The notes: generated by a model not told the origin, from the sequence alone. A stretch of 64,000 nt of DNA from Sulfurimonas sp. (GCF_026991475.1 NZ_JALXBK010000044.1:6283-70282); one strand, 5' to 3'. Positions 20,220 to 29,971 are shown, counted from the first letter of the stretch. Made by a program: numbers and translations.

Positions 20220-20591
20220 TTAAACAAGCTTAAACGCAACCAACAGTGTGGCTATCCAAATAAGGACAGTCACTAAAAAACTTACTAAAACAAGTGTTGC
20301 ACCAACATCTTTTGCCTGTTTTGCAAGTATGTGATAATCCTGCGTAACTAAATCTACTGTTCGCTCTATGGCACTATTTACTATTTCTGCCAAAATAGGC
20401 AAAAAGAGTGATAAAAACAGAATGCTGCTGTAGCCAAAATGCAGCGGCAAGATCCAAGCGAGTGTGCCAAATCCAAAAAGCATCAGAAGCTGCCACTTAA
20501 AAGAGGTCTCATTTTTCACAATATCCACAAGCCCTTCAAGTGCATAGATTGTGTTTCTGTAAAGATTGTGTTTTGGTTTATTTAGTTTCAT
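20220..20591 (-). CDS. dgkA: diacylglycerol kinase
   Basis: ETSFK, EIVNSAIERTVD and AKQAKDVGA motifs. Confidence 0.92.
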   Translation of the reverse strand: MKLNKPKHNLYRNTIYALEGLVDIVKNETSFKWQLLMLFGFGTLAWILPLHFGYSSILFLSLFLPILAEIVNSAIERTVDLVTQDYHILAKQAKDVGATLVLVSFLVTVLIWIATLLVAFKLV

Positions 20592-22446
20592 ATTTTTCTC
20601 TCATCTTTTTAATAATTTTTTCTAACTCTTCAGATTTGGTCTCTTTAGAAATAGGCTCACCAAAATAGACTTTTACCTCTCTACGTTTAAAAAGGCTGCG
20701 TTTGGCATCTGCTGGTTTATACTTTGCAAATTTACTACCAAAAATTCCACTGTCAATATAAAAGGGAATAATCACGCCATCATAATCGCTACAAATAAGT
20801 TCATAACCACGATGAAATGGCTTTATAGCACCATCTACGCTTATTGCACCCTCTGGAAATATTGCTACAATACTTCTGTTTTGCAGGCGTTTATATGCTT
20901 CATGCATTGCATCTTTAAAGGCTCTAGGAGAGAGAGGAATAACCTCTCCTTTTTTAAAAATAGCGTGAAAAAATTTCCACTGGTAAATCTCTTTGTCCAT
21001 CATAAAGTTAATGCGTCTCTTTAGCGCCAACTGCAAAATTATCCAGTCAATCCAACTTACATGATTTCCCAAAAGTAGTACAGCTTTTTCATCTGGAATA
21101 TTTTGCACTCCAAAGTATTCATATCTGTGTCTAGCAAGTGAAAAGAGCTTCATTGTAGTGAAAAATGTTTCTGTCATATAATTATGAAAAAGAAGATAAA
21201 TAAGATAAATACCGACAAACCCCATACAATAAAAGAGGATGATTGCATTCATTCCAAAATAAGCAAACAGCGTAGTTAAAACTAAGAATGAGAACATAAA
21301 GATATTTTGAATAAAATTATTTGCAGCTAAAATTGTCCCTAAATGTGCATTTGCACTTAAAAACTGTATGCGCGCACTTAAAGGCACTAAAATAAAAGAG
21401 GCAAAAATTCCAAAAAAAGAAAACATTACAGACATAAGTACCATAGAGTGAACAAATGGAATACAAAAGACTAAAATAGTAACCATAACAGCACCAATGC
21501 CTGCAAGACCGAGATTAATATACTCTTTTGAAAGTTTTGCAACCATTATGGAGCCAAATACAATTCCTACTCCTGCCAACGCCATAACACCTTGAACATA
21601 TATAGTATTTAACACTCCTAGTTGATCTTTTGCGTATTCACCAAAAATCGCCAAAACAACTTGAGAGATTGACCAAAATAGACTCAATGCTAAAATAGCG
21701 TGGAAAATTTCTCTCTTTCGTGTTGCTGTTTTCAGATTGCGAAAAAGATACTCCCCTCTAAAATATTTTTTTAGATTAAAAGTTCTTTTACTAGCAACAA
21801 GTATCTTGTTTGGTAGCGTAGAAGCACCATACCACTCAATAACCGAACTAATAACCAAAAGCCAGCCAAGAGGGGCAATTCGCTCCAGTATTTCAGACTT
21901 TGTAACAAGTGAAGTGTCATACATATTTTCAAACAATACAGTATAAAAAATAATTCCACCCAATATGGCTACTGTCGTCGTAGCCTGCACTATACTGTTG
22001 CCACCTGTTAAAAATTTCTCACCGAAAAGCTCTTTAATGTAGCCATATTTTGCAGGTCCATAAATAGCACTCTGCATAGAGAGCAAAAAAGTCATTACAA
22101 ATGCAAAAATAAAATATCCATGATAATAAGCGTAAGTAATACCAAGAGTAATCACAATAGCAAAGATTGCAGAGTACTCCATAATTTTATTTTTAGGAAA
22201 TCTATCTGCTAAAAATCCAGAGGGAGAAAATACCAAAATAAAAGGCAAAAGTACCAAAGCATTTACAATAGCCGTTAAAACTATTTGTGTACTGCCATCG
22301 TAAACCTTAAAAATTGTATTTTGTATAATTATCTTATGCCCTAAATCGGTAAAAGCATTCAAAAAGACAACAAAAATATAATTTATAACACCAGTAATGG
22401 CAAATATTTTCTCTTTGCTCTGCATATTATTCGCTTTCATCTCCAT
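20578..22446 (-). CDS. MFS lysophospholipid transporter fused to an acyltransferase (Aas-like, no acyl-ACP synthetase domain)
   Basis: 12-TM MFS (FLNAFTDLGHK...GPAKYG) plus PlsC motifs NHVSWID and IFPEG. Confidence 0.85.
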   Translation of the reverse strand: MEMKANNMQSKEKIFAITGVINYIFVVFLNAFTDLGHKIIIQNTIFKVYDGSTQIVLTAIVNALVLLPFILVFSPSGFLADRFPKNKIMEYSAIFAIVITLGITYAYYHGYFIFAFVMTFLLSMQSAIYGPAKYGYIKELFGEKFLTGGNSIVQATTTVAILGGIIFYTVLFENMYDTSLVTKSEILERIAPLGWLLVISSVIEWYGASTLPNKILVASKRTFNLKKYFRGEYLFRNLKTATRKREIFHAILALSLFWSISQVVLAIFGEYAKDQLGVLNTIYVQGVMALAGVGIVFGSIMVAKLSKEYINLGLAGIGAVMVTILVFCIPFVHSMVLMSVMFSFFGIFASFILVPLSARIQFLSANAHLGTILAANNFIQNIFMFSFLVLTTLFAYFGMNAIILFYCMGFVGIYLIYLLFHNYMTETFFTTMKLFSLARHRYEYFGVQNIPDEKAVLLLGNHVSWIDWIILQLALKRRINFMMDKEIYQWKFFHAIFKKGEVIPLSPRAFKDAMHEAYKRLQNRSIVAIFPEGAISVDGAIKPFHRGYELICSDYDGVIIPFYIDSGIFGSKFAKYKPADAKRSLFKRREVKVYFGEPISKETKSEELEKIIKKMREKYETK

Positions 22447-23155
22447 CTACAAGCGTTGTACTCCAACCCTCATAAAAGCCCTGCTCTGTTTTTAAAGCTT
22501 CAAAAAGTTGTTCTACATTTTTGCGTACTTCTTCTTCTGTTACCGCGTGTTCTTTTACCAAAGCAAGACCATTTTCAAAATCTTCACCACTTATTTCATC
22601 TTTAAAACTAAAATCTTCAAACGGAAGTAACTCTAAAAATTTCTCTTTTTGCGTAGGCGTAGTAAATGAAACATAATGTTCAACAAGACGAGGAACTTCT
22701 AAATCATCCTCTTCCTCTTGCAACATAAAAATGATTTTTTCACTTTGAATATGTGCTGATTCCAAAGCTGATGGTATAAGATTTTTATAGTGAAAATTCC
22801 ATTTTGTATCTTTGACAACACTACTTTCATAAACATATCCACTATTACTTAACATTTTAGAGACGACTGCGTTTAGAGATTTTGCATTTTCTGCATAGAA
22901 GTAAAGTTCATTCCAACCATCTACAACGCGACTACCAACATACTTTGCACCACCATCATGCTCTACGGCGATAATAAGTGCCTCTTTGGTTTCTAAAAAC
23001 TCTTCAAAACTCTCTTGTGAATTTTTAGAAGCATCGAATTTTATAAAAACACTAAAAAGCCAACTGTATCGCTCACTATAACCATAAGCACTCATATCGC
23101 TCTCTATATAAATTTCACTTCCATCTTCTTCAACTCTTTTAAAAAAATCTCTCAT
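22427..23155 (-). CDS. DUF695-family acidic protein with RraB-like C-terminus
   Basis: YVGSRVVDGWNELYFYA...WNFHYKNL and GFYEGWST patterns. Confidence 0.6.
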   Translation of the reverse strand: MRDFFKRVEEDGSEIYIESDMSAYGYSERYSWLFSVFIKFDASKNSQESFEEFLETKEALIIAVEHDGGAKYVGSRVVDGWNELYFYAENAKSLNAVVSKMLSNSGYVYESSVVKDTKWNFHYKNLIPSALESAHIQSEKIIFMLQEEEDDLEVPRLVEHYVSFTTPTQKEKFLELLPFEDFSFKDEISGEDFENGLALVKEHAVTEEEVRKNVEQLFEALKTEQGFYEGWSTTLVDGDESE

Positions 23156-23167
23156 ATTCTCTCTCTT

Positions 23168-24196
23168 TTATACATTTACAATGTCATTAACTTCTAAACC
23201 AAACCCACTTAAGCCAATAAAATCCGTCTTTTGCATAGCAGTAATGAGGTTCATTTTTGAAACACCAAAAGATTTGATAATCTGCGCACCAATACCAAAC
23301 TCTTTCATGGCTGCGTTGTCCTGATGATTTGTTTTGTTTATAAAGAGTAAAAGACCACTGTTTTGCTTGAGATACTCTATGGAGTTAATAAGATTGTTAT
23401 ATTTTTCTTGATTTAAAAGTAACTCACAATCTGTAATAACATTATGCACTCTTACATTTGCCACTTCACCAGCATTATAAAATAAAATCGCAGTATGTTC
23501 CACGCCATCATGATCTTCAAAAGTGTGACGACTTACTTTTACACCAAAAAATTCTATCTCTTCTACGCTAATCTCTTTTACAAGTCTCTCATTTGCAAGT
23601 CTATACTCCACAATATCAGAGATAAACACAGTGTTTAACTTATGTTTTTGTGCAAATATATCTAAGTCGTCTCTACGCGCCATTGTTCCATCATCTTTAA
23701 TGATTTCACAAATAACACCTGCTTCACTCAAACCTGCTAAACGGCAAAGGTCAACAGAACCTTCAGTATGTCCAGTACGAACAAGTGTACCACCATCTTT
23801 TGCTATTAAAGGGAAGATATGCCCAGGTTTTACAAGCTCATCTGCGTTTGAGATAGGGTTTGCAAGTATTTTGATGGTATCGTCTCTCTCTTTTGCAGAG
23901 ATACCAGTAAGTGCATCTTTTGCATCAACTGAAACTGTAAACGCAGTCTCATACGATGATGTATTTGAACTCACCATAGGATTTAATGCAAGTCTGTTTG
24001 CAATAGGTTTGGAGAGTGCAACACAAATAAGTCCTCTGGCATTTGTAGCCATAAAATTTACATGTGCTGGTGTTGAGAATGCAGCAGCATAGACTAAGTC
24101 ACCCTCATTCTCTCTATCTTCATCATCAACCATGATGACCATTTTTCCCTTCTTCACATCTTCTATTGCCTGTAAAACTCTATCTATTGGTTTCAT
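23168..24196 (-). CDS. ribB: DHBP synthase / degenerate GTP cyclohydrolase II fusion
   Basis: VDDEDRENEGD, TAFTVSVD, GHTEGSVDL and VICEI motifs; the C-terminal GCHII-like domain lacks the Zn-binding cysteines. Confidence 0.9.
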   Translation of the reverse strand: MKPIDRVLQAIEDVKKGKMVIMVDDEDRENEGDLVYAAAFSTPAHVNFMATNARGLICVALSKPIANRLALNPMVSSNTSSYETAFTVSVDAKDALTGISAKERDDTIKILANPISNADELVKPGHIFPLIAKDGGTLVRTGHTEGSVDLCRLAGLSEAGVICEIIKDDGTMARRDDLDIFAQKHKLNTVFISDIVEYRLANERLVKEISVEEIEFFGVKVSRHTFEDHDGVEHTAILFYNAGEVANVRVHNVITDCELLLNQEKYNNLINSIEYLKQNSGLLLFINKTNHQDNAAMKEFGIGAQIIKSFGVSKMNLITAMQKTDFIGLSGFGLEVNDIVNV

Positions 24197-24298
24197 TTCA
24201 TTCTCTTTATATATTTATATTTTTAATGATTTCATTATATAAAAATATTCATTAAAAAGAGGTCAAAAAAGAAATTTTCAATTTTCTTTGCAAAAGCC

Positions 24299-24327
24299 TT
24301 GACATTAAAAAAGTTTTTGTCTATAAT
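24299..24327 (+). promoter_or_regulatory. consensus sigma70 promoter of the tRNA cluster
   Basis: TTGACA (24299-24304), 17-nt spacer, TATAAT (24322-24327). Confidence 0.85.
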
Positions 24328-24363
24328 TTCGCTCACAAACACAGAGTGAATGTGTTTAAACAC

Positions 24364-24440
<77 letters not shown>

Positions 24441-24460
24441 ATTTATTACTTTCAAAATGA

Positions 24461-24535
24461 TGGGGTATCGCCAAGCGGTAAGGCATCAGCTTTTGGTGCT
24501 GACATTCGGGGGTTCGAATCCCTCTACCCCATCCA
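24461..24535 (+). tRNA. tRNA-Gln (UUG)
   Basis: U1-A72; anticodon stem TCAGC/GCTGA with loop TT-TTG-GT; TTCGAAT T-loop; CCA end. Confidence 0.96.
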
Positions 24536-24573
24536 CATTAACTTTTCAATAAAAAAATATAACAAATTCAAAC

Positions 24574-24648
24574 TGGGGTATCGCCAAGCGGTAAGGCCGT
24601 GGTTTCTGGTGCCACTATGCGTGGGTTCGAATCCCTCTACCCCATCCA
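24574..24648 (+). tRNA. tRNA-Gln (CUG)
   Basis: Same acceptor and D arms as the UUG copy; anticodon stem GTGGT/GCCAC with loop TT-CTG-GT. Confidence 0.93.
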
Positions 24649-24708
24649 CTAATTCAAGTCTCTATGAAACTATGCTATACTTACTTATATTAAAAAGTGA
24701 GGTTACTT

Positions 24709-24963
24709 ATGCAAATATCCTTAAATATTCAAGATGATGTTTACAAACAACTTGTAAACGCAGGTGTAGACATGCAATCAAAAATCAACGAATACCTTGT
24801 AAACCTTGTAGATAAAAAAGATGACTATATAAACTCTAATCAATTTCAAGAAGATAAGGCTTATTTTCACGAGGCTTTAGAAGATATTGAAAGTGGTAAA
24901 GCTAGAGCACTTAGCCAAGAACAATATGAGAAAGAGATGGAAGCTTTTGAGCAATCTTTATAA
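24709..24963 (+). CDS. antitoxin of a RelE/ParE-type module
   Basis: Small acidic protein (...FHEALEDIESGK...) overlapping the toxin start. The ATG at 24709 follows a GAGG RBS and a TGCTATACT extended -10 (24673-24681). Confidence 0.7.
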   Translation: MQISLNIQDDVYKQLVNAGVDMQSKINEYLVNLVDKKDDYINSNQFQEDKAYFHEALEDIESGKARALSQEQYEKEMEAFEQSL

Positions 24964-25244
24964 TGCAAATTGTAAGAAGTAAAAAATATTTAAACTCACT
25001 TCAAGAAATCATGCAATTCATTTCTACTGATAGTAAGAAAAGAGCCTTAACTTTTAGAAATCAATTAGATAAACAAATTTCAAACATTCAAGATATGCCT
25101 TACAAATATAGAAAATCTATCTATTTTAATAATGAAACCATCAGAGATTTGATTTTTAAAGGTTATACAATAGTTTATAAGGTGGATGAAGCCAAAGAAC
25201 AAATAACTATTTTAGGTATTAAAAAATATAAAGCAGAATTATAG
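24963..25244 (+). CDS. RelE/ParE family toxin
   Basis: 93-aa basic protein with MPYKYRKS...IRDLIFKGYTIVYKV...ITILGI pattern. Confidence 0.85.
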   Translation: MQIVRSKKYLNSLQEIMQFISTDSKKRALTFRNQLDKQISNIQDMPYKYRKSIYFNNETIRDLIFKGYTIVYKVDEAKEQITILGIKKYKAEL

Positions 25245-25295
25245 GTTACTTTAATTTTTAAGGAATTTTTTTATTTAATATATACAAATTTTAAT

Positions 25296-25315
25296 CCTCC
25301 CTACCCCATCCACAT
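25296..25315 (+). repeat. duplicated tRNA-Gln 3' end (attR-like remnant)
   Basis: 25301-25315 CTACCCCATCCACAT is identical to 24524-24538 (15/15) and matches 24637-24649 over 13 nt. Confidence 0.75.
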
Positions 25316-27613
25316 CTAGTTTACACCACTCAATTCTCTCTCAGTACTTTTTACACTCACACCCTCAAAAACAACTTTATGATGGGCAATGGCACCACTT
25401 ACCTCTTGCTCTTCTAAACGCAGTCCTTCTGGAACTTCTTCAGAATGTAACTGAATAGCAGTCTGTTTGAAGTTTGGTTCACCTGATTTTGGACAGAAGC
25501 TCTCTTGTGTAAGAGTGTTTACAAGCTGTTCGTTAAAATGAAATGGTACAAATACCGTCCCTGGTCTTACACTTCCAGTTACTCTTACCACAACATCATC
25601 TACACGACCGCGAGGAGATGAGAGGCTCATTCTATCACCAGATTTGACTTTGAGTTTTTTTGCATCATCAGGGCTAATATCCACCCACGCTTCTGGTGCT
25701 AAATTGTCAAGTATTGCGATGTCTCTTGTTTTTGTACGCGTATGCCACTGCTCAACTGTACGCCCTGTATTTAAAATAACAGGAAATTCAGGACTTATAG
25801 GCTCTGACATAGGGTGCCACTCCAAACAAAGAAGTTTTGCCTTTTTATCTGCCGTTCTAAATGGAATATCTTCAGTATAAAGACGTTTACTACCAAGTGG
25901 AAACTGCTCATTACAAGGCCACTGAATACCGCCATGCTCTTCTATAAGCTCATAAGTCATCCCACTATAGTCACACAACTGTCCCTTAGAGACCTTACGC
26001 CACTCTTCAAACGCATCACGAGGCTCACTCCAGTTAGGAAAAAGCATCTCATTAACACCCTCAAAATATTTTGAAAATTCTAAAATGATGTCAAAATCAC
26101 CTTTGGCATCACCTATTGGTTCTACTGCCTTATTTGCTTTGTTACAACGGCGTTCAGAGTTGGTGTAAGTTCCCTCTTTTTCACCCCAAGTACCTGCGGC
26201 AAAAATTACATCAGCAATTTGTGCAGTATCTCCTAAAAAGGCATCTTGCACCACAAGCAAATCAAGTTTTGCCAAAGTTTTACGCAGTTTCTCTTGATTT
26301 ACAAAGCTTACAAGCGGGTTTGTTGCTGTTATCCAGAGTGCTTTTATCTCACCTCTGTCTATAGCTTCAATAATTTCGGCATATTTATACCCACGTTCAC
26401 GAGGAATAATCTCCTCTGGCACATTGACAATTTTTGCATACTCTTTAAGTGCTGCCTCATCCCCATAGTTTCTATACCCTGGAAGACTTGAAGTAAACCC
26501 TGTCTCACGCGTTCCCATAGCATTACACTGACCCGTAATGGAAAAAGGACCTGTTCCCTCTCGACCAATATGTCCTGTTAAAAGATGAAGGTTAATAATA
26601 GAACTTACGGTATCTGTTCCCATAAATGACTGATTAATTCCCATCGTCCAGCCAGTGATGACCTTCTCATTTGAGACAAATTCACGAGCGAGTTCATAAA
26701 GTGTTTTTACATCAATTCCAGTAATGTTTGCCACCTCTTGTGGCGGATAATCCTGAAGATGTTTTTTTAGCTCTTTTATACCGTTAGTATTGGCTTTAAT
26801 GTAACCCTCATTCTCCCAGCCCTGCTCTAAAATGATGTAAGCTAGACCGTTATAGAGTGCTAAGTCAGTTCGCGGCTTAATAGGTACATAAACATCTGCC
26901 ATCTGTGAAGTTTTACTTGCACGCGGGTCAATGACTATAACCTTTTTCTTTGGGTTTTTATTGATATGAAGTGTTAAAATTGGATGATTGTCCGCAATAT
27001 TTGCACCTACCAAAAAGATGGTATCTGCTTTTTCAAAATCTTCATAAGAGCTTGTCGCACCATCACTTCCTAAAGATTGTTTGTAACCCATAACTGCTGA
27101 AGCCATGCAGAGTGTTGTATTTCCATCATAGTTATTTGTTTGCAGTCCTAACTGCACAAATTTTCCAAGCGTGTAAAACTCTTCTGTCAAGAACTGCCCT
27201 GTCCCTATGACCGAGACAGCACTGTTTCCATGCTCCCTTTGAATGCGTTTAAACTCTGAGCTTACTTTTGTAAAAGCCTCATCCCAAGTAGCTTGTTGCA
27301 GTTCACCATCTTTACGAATGAGCGGCGTTTGAATCCTATGTGGAGAGTTTATCATCTGATGTTCTGAAAGCCCTTTTGGACAAAGCGTTCCTTTATTTAC
27401 AAAGTGCTTAGGATTTCCTTTTGTGTAAACTGCTTTACCATCTTTTACACCGATGTAAAGACCACACCCTACACCACAGTAACCACAAGTAGAAAAGACC
27501 CATTTATCTGGCTTCTTCTCATCTGCTATCATTCCAAAAGTATCATCATGAGAGAGTTTGTACTTCTCTTCTTTTATATCAAAACCTAAAAAATCTTTTA
27601 TCTTACCTATCAT
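25316..27613 (-). CDS. molybdopterin oxidoreductase, assimilatory nitrate reductase-like (NasA/NarB family)
   Basis: CGYCGVGC...LCPKG [4Fe-4S] motif, DGNTTLCMASA, GQCNAMG and LNTGRTVEQWHTRT; no Tat signal. Likely start 27613 (AGTGAG RBS). Confidence 0.85.
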   Translation of the reverse strand: MIGKIKDFLGFDIKEEKYKLSHDDTFGMIADEKKPDKWVFSTCGYCGVGCGLYIGVKDGKAVYTKGNPKHFVNKGTLCPKGLSEHQMINSPHRIQTPLIRKDGELQQATWDEAFTKVSSEFKRIQREHGNSAVSVIGTGQFLTEEFYTLGKFVQLGLQTNNYDGNTTLCMASAVMGYKQSLGSDGATSSYEDFEKADTIFLVGANIADNHPILTLHINKNPKKKVIVIDPRASKTSQMADVYVPIKPRTDLALYNGLAYIILEQGWENEGYIKANTNGIKELKKHLQDYPPQEVANITGIDVKTLYELAREFVSNEKVITGWTMGINQSFMGTDTVSSIINLHLLTGHIGREGTGPFSITGQCNAMGTRETGFTSSLPGYRNYGDEAALKEYAKIVNVPEEIIPRERGYKYAEIIEAIDRGEIKALWITATNPLVSFVNQEKLRKTLAKLDLLVVQDAFLGDTAQIADVIFAAGTWGEKEGTYTNSERRCNKANKAVEPIGDAKGDFDIILEFSKYFEGVNEMLFPNWSEPRDAFEEWRKVSKGQLCDYSGMTYELIEEHGGIQWPCNEQFPLGSKRLYTEDIPFRTADKKAKLLCLEWHPMSEPISPEFPVILNTGRTVEQWHTRTKTRDIAILDNLAPEAWVDISPDDAKKLKVKSGDRMSLSSPRGRVDDVVVRVTGSVRPGTVFVPFHFNEQLVNTLTQESFCPKSGEPNFKQTAIQLHSEEVPEGLRLEEQEVSGAIAHHKVVFEGVSVKSTERELSGVN

Positions 27614-27749
27614 TGTAAACTCACTAATTATTATATTGATTAAATAATAGCATAAAACTACATCCAAATTGCCATAATTTTGCTCATATATTAATCAATA
27701 AACAATTTACTATTATTAGAATATAATATGAAAAATATTTGAAGGATTT

Positions 27750-28022
27750 ATGATGTTAAAAGATATGTTATATACTGGTCTAGGAATGGGTGTTATACTT
27801 AAAGAGAAAGTAGAAAATGAGATTCAAAAACTTGAAGATGAAGGTAAACTCAAAAAAGATGATGCAACTTCACTGCTAGATTCCCTCTCTACAAAGGGTC
27901 AAGATGAAGAAAAACGCATAAAAGAGATATTTAAAAAAAGCATTAAAGAGGTCATAGATGAGCTTGGACTTGCTACAAAAGAGGACATCGCAAATCTAAA
28001 GGATGAGTTATCCAAAAAATAA
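27750..28022 (+). CDS. phasin-like / granule-associated small protein
   Basis: LYTGLG...GKL...DELGLATKEDI pattern; directly upstream of an ABC1 kinase gene. Confidence 0.6.
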   Translation: MMLKDMLYTGLGMGVILKEKVENEIQKLEDEGKLKKDDATSLLDSLSTKGQDEEKRIKEIFKKSIKEVIDELGLATKEDIANLKDELSKK

Positions 28023-29560
28023 GCTACTACAATCCAAAGAGAGTTTGGGCTGTTTTTCTATTTCTTCTCACTCTTTACCTACTGATAAAGAAAAAAGAGA
28101 GCTTTTTAGGACTAAAACCTCTCCAACCAAAGAGGCTAAACGCAACTATTATTCTTCTTGGTGCAAGTTTTATTAAATTAGCTCAAGTCTTGGCAACTAG
28201 AAGTGATTTTTTTAGCCAAGAGTATCTGTGTGAGCTCAAAGAGTTGCATGACCAGCTCCCAGCAATGAGCAAAAGTGAATTTACAAAAATTTATGAAAAT
28301 GCCTTTGCTAAACGCAGCTGTTTTAAGAGTTTTGAAGAAGTGCCTATTGCCTCTGCATCCATTGGACAGGTTCACATCGCGCACTTGCAAGACGGCACAA
28401 AAGTAGCAGTCAAACTTCGCCGTTACAACATCAAAGAGCAAGTAAGTGCAGATATAAACATACTCAACTTTTTTAACAATCTTTTCAAACCACTCTTTAG
28501 CACCTACACAAAAAACTCCATAGATGCTGTCATTAGTGAATTTTCAAAGATGATACTCCAAGAGGTCTCCTTTCAAAATGAACTGCACAATCTCAAAAGT
28601 TTCTCAGAAGTTTACAAAGAGAGCGGCATCAGGTTTCCAAAACCATATGAAATGTATTGCTGTGACTCAGCTATTGTAATGAGTTTTGAAGAGGGTTTTC
28701 GATTTGATGACAAAGAGAACCTTTCAAAACACGACATAGATTTTCATCCACTCATAAAAAAACTTGTCAATTTTTACACAGACCAGATGCTCCTGCAGGG
28801 CTACTTTCATGCAGATCCACATCCTGGTAATCTTCTTGTCTCTAGTGAAGGCGAACTAATATTACTTGACTTTGGTATGGTCAAACGCGTACCAAACAAA
28901 ACAAGAGTTGCTATCATTGAGCTTATAAAAGCGGCAAATGAGGAGAATTATGAACTCTACATTAGTGCAAATAAGCGCCTTGGAACCATAGCTTACGAAG
29001 CGCCAACTGCCGAGCTTGCAGAGTTTAGCGCCAAAATGTTTGCCATCTTTTCAAATGAAAATCTTACGAGTGAATCGATGCAACAACTTGCTTTTGATGT
29101 CCTTGCTACGACAAAAGATTTTCCCTTTAAACTTCCATCTGATGCCATCTACATTCTTCGTGTAAGTGCTATCATCGAGGGGCTTGGTACAACTTACATA
29201 GAAAATTTTAATGGAATCAAAGACATTCTCCCGACGCTGCAAGAGAACATTCCAAAAGCACTTGGAGCTAAAGATGGCTTTCGTGAACTCATTGTTCAAA
29301 GCGTTAAAGATGCCCCTTTTGTACTGCAGAACATTCAAACATCTGTGCAAAAAATTGCCGAGGATGATGTAGAGGTAAAACTCTCCGATGACCAGCTTCA
29401 TTGGGTAGCAAAGGAGATAAAAAACTACATCAAGCCACTTCTTGGCGGTTTTGTACTTATAATTGCCTCCTTTTTTACCCTGCTCTATGACAATGAACTT
29501 AAAACCTTTGCGCTCATCTTGTTTGTAGTTGGAGTTTTAAGAATCTTTTTTAAAAGGTGA
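28019..29560 (+). CDS. ABC1/AarF/UbiB family atypical kinase
   Basis: FIKLAQVLATR, ASASIGQVH, VAVK, FHADPHPGN and LLDFGMV motifs. The frame is open upstream of the track start to an ATA at 28019. Confidence 0.88.
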   Translation: MSYYNPKRVWAVFLFLLTLYLLIKKKESFLGLKPLQPKRLNATIILLGASFIKLAQVLATRSDFFSQEYLCELKELHDQLPAMSKSEFTKIYENAFAKRSCFKSFEEVPIASASIGQVHIAHLQDGTKVAVKLRRYNIKEQVSADINILNFFNNLFKPLFSTYTKNSIDAVISEFSKMILQEVSFQNELHNLKSFSEVYKESGIRFPKPYEMYCCDSAIVMSFEEGFRFDDKENLSKHDIDFHPLIKKLVNFYTDQMLLQGYFHADPHPGNLLVSSEGELILLDFGMVKRVPNKTRVAIIELIKAANEENYELYISANKRLGTIAYEAPTAELAEFSAKMFAIFSNENLTSESMQQLAFDVLATTKDFPFKLPSDAIYILRVSAIIEGLGTTYIENFNGIKDILPTLQENIPKALGAKDGFRELIVQSVKDAPFVLQNIQTSVQKIAEDDVEVKLSDDQLHWVAKEIKNYIKPLLGGFVLIIASFFTLLYDNELKTFALILFVVGVLRIFFKR

Positions 29561-29563
29561 TAG

Positions 29564-29971
29564 ATGAAAAAAATATTTGTACTTACTCTTTTGCTACTCG
29601 CTGCGTTTAGTGGCTGCAGTGACAACAATGCAACCATCACAAAATCAGAAAAAGATTTGCATAATGTAAAATGTATGCGTCTTGTCATTTTTCCACCAAA
29701 CAAATTTTTAGAAACGACAATGAATAAGCTCTACAATTTTGATGAAAACTGTAGTTATAGACTTCAAGTCTCTCAAAAAAGCGGCATTGTCTGTAACTCC
29801 AATCAAAATGCAGCGAGGAAAACACTCTCAAATTTTCCATCGGGGTTTATTCGACTCGATTTATATAAAGGGTATAAAAATATCTACAGCTACTACAGGG
29901 ATTTGACACATAAAACTACGAAAGAGGATGTTAAAGAGGCGTTTGAGAGTTTAAAAGAGAGTATGAATTAA
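29564..29971 (+). CDS. hypothetical lipoprotein
   Basis: Lipobox LAAFSGC after a hydrophobic signal. Confidence 0.75.
   Translation: MKKIFVLTLLLLAAFSGCSDNNATITKSEKDLHNVKCMRLVIFPPNKFLETTMNKLYNFDENCSYRLQVSQKSGIVCNSNQNAARKTLSNFPSGFIRLDLYKGYKNIYSYYRDLTHKTTKEDVKEAFESLKESMN

Noticed and set aside
24197-24298. FMN riboswitch upstream of ribB
   Set aside because: The region is short and very AT-rich, with no RFN conserved sequence.
24671-24681. 11-nt identity (TATGCTATACT) between the TA promoter and the CRISPR repeat end, as a possible orphan repeat or Cas9 regulatory target
   Set aside because: Fully explained by the extended -10 consensus; there is no further repeat similarity.
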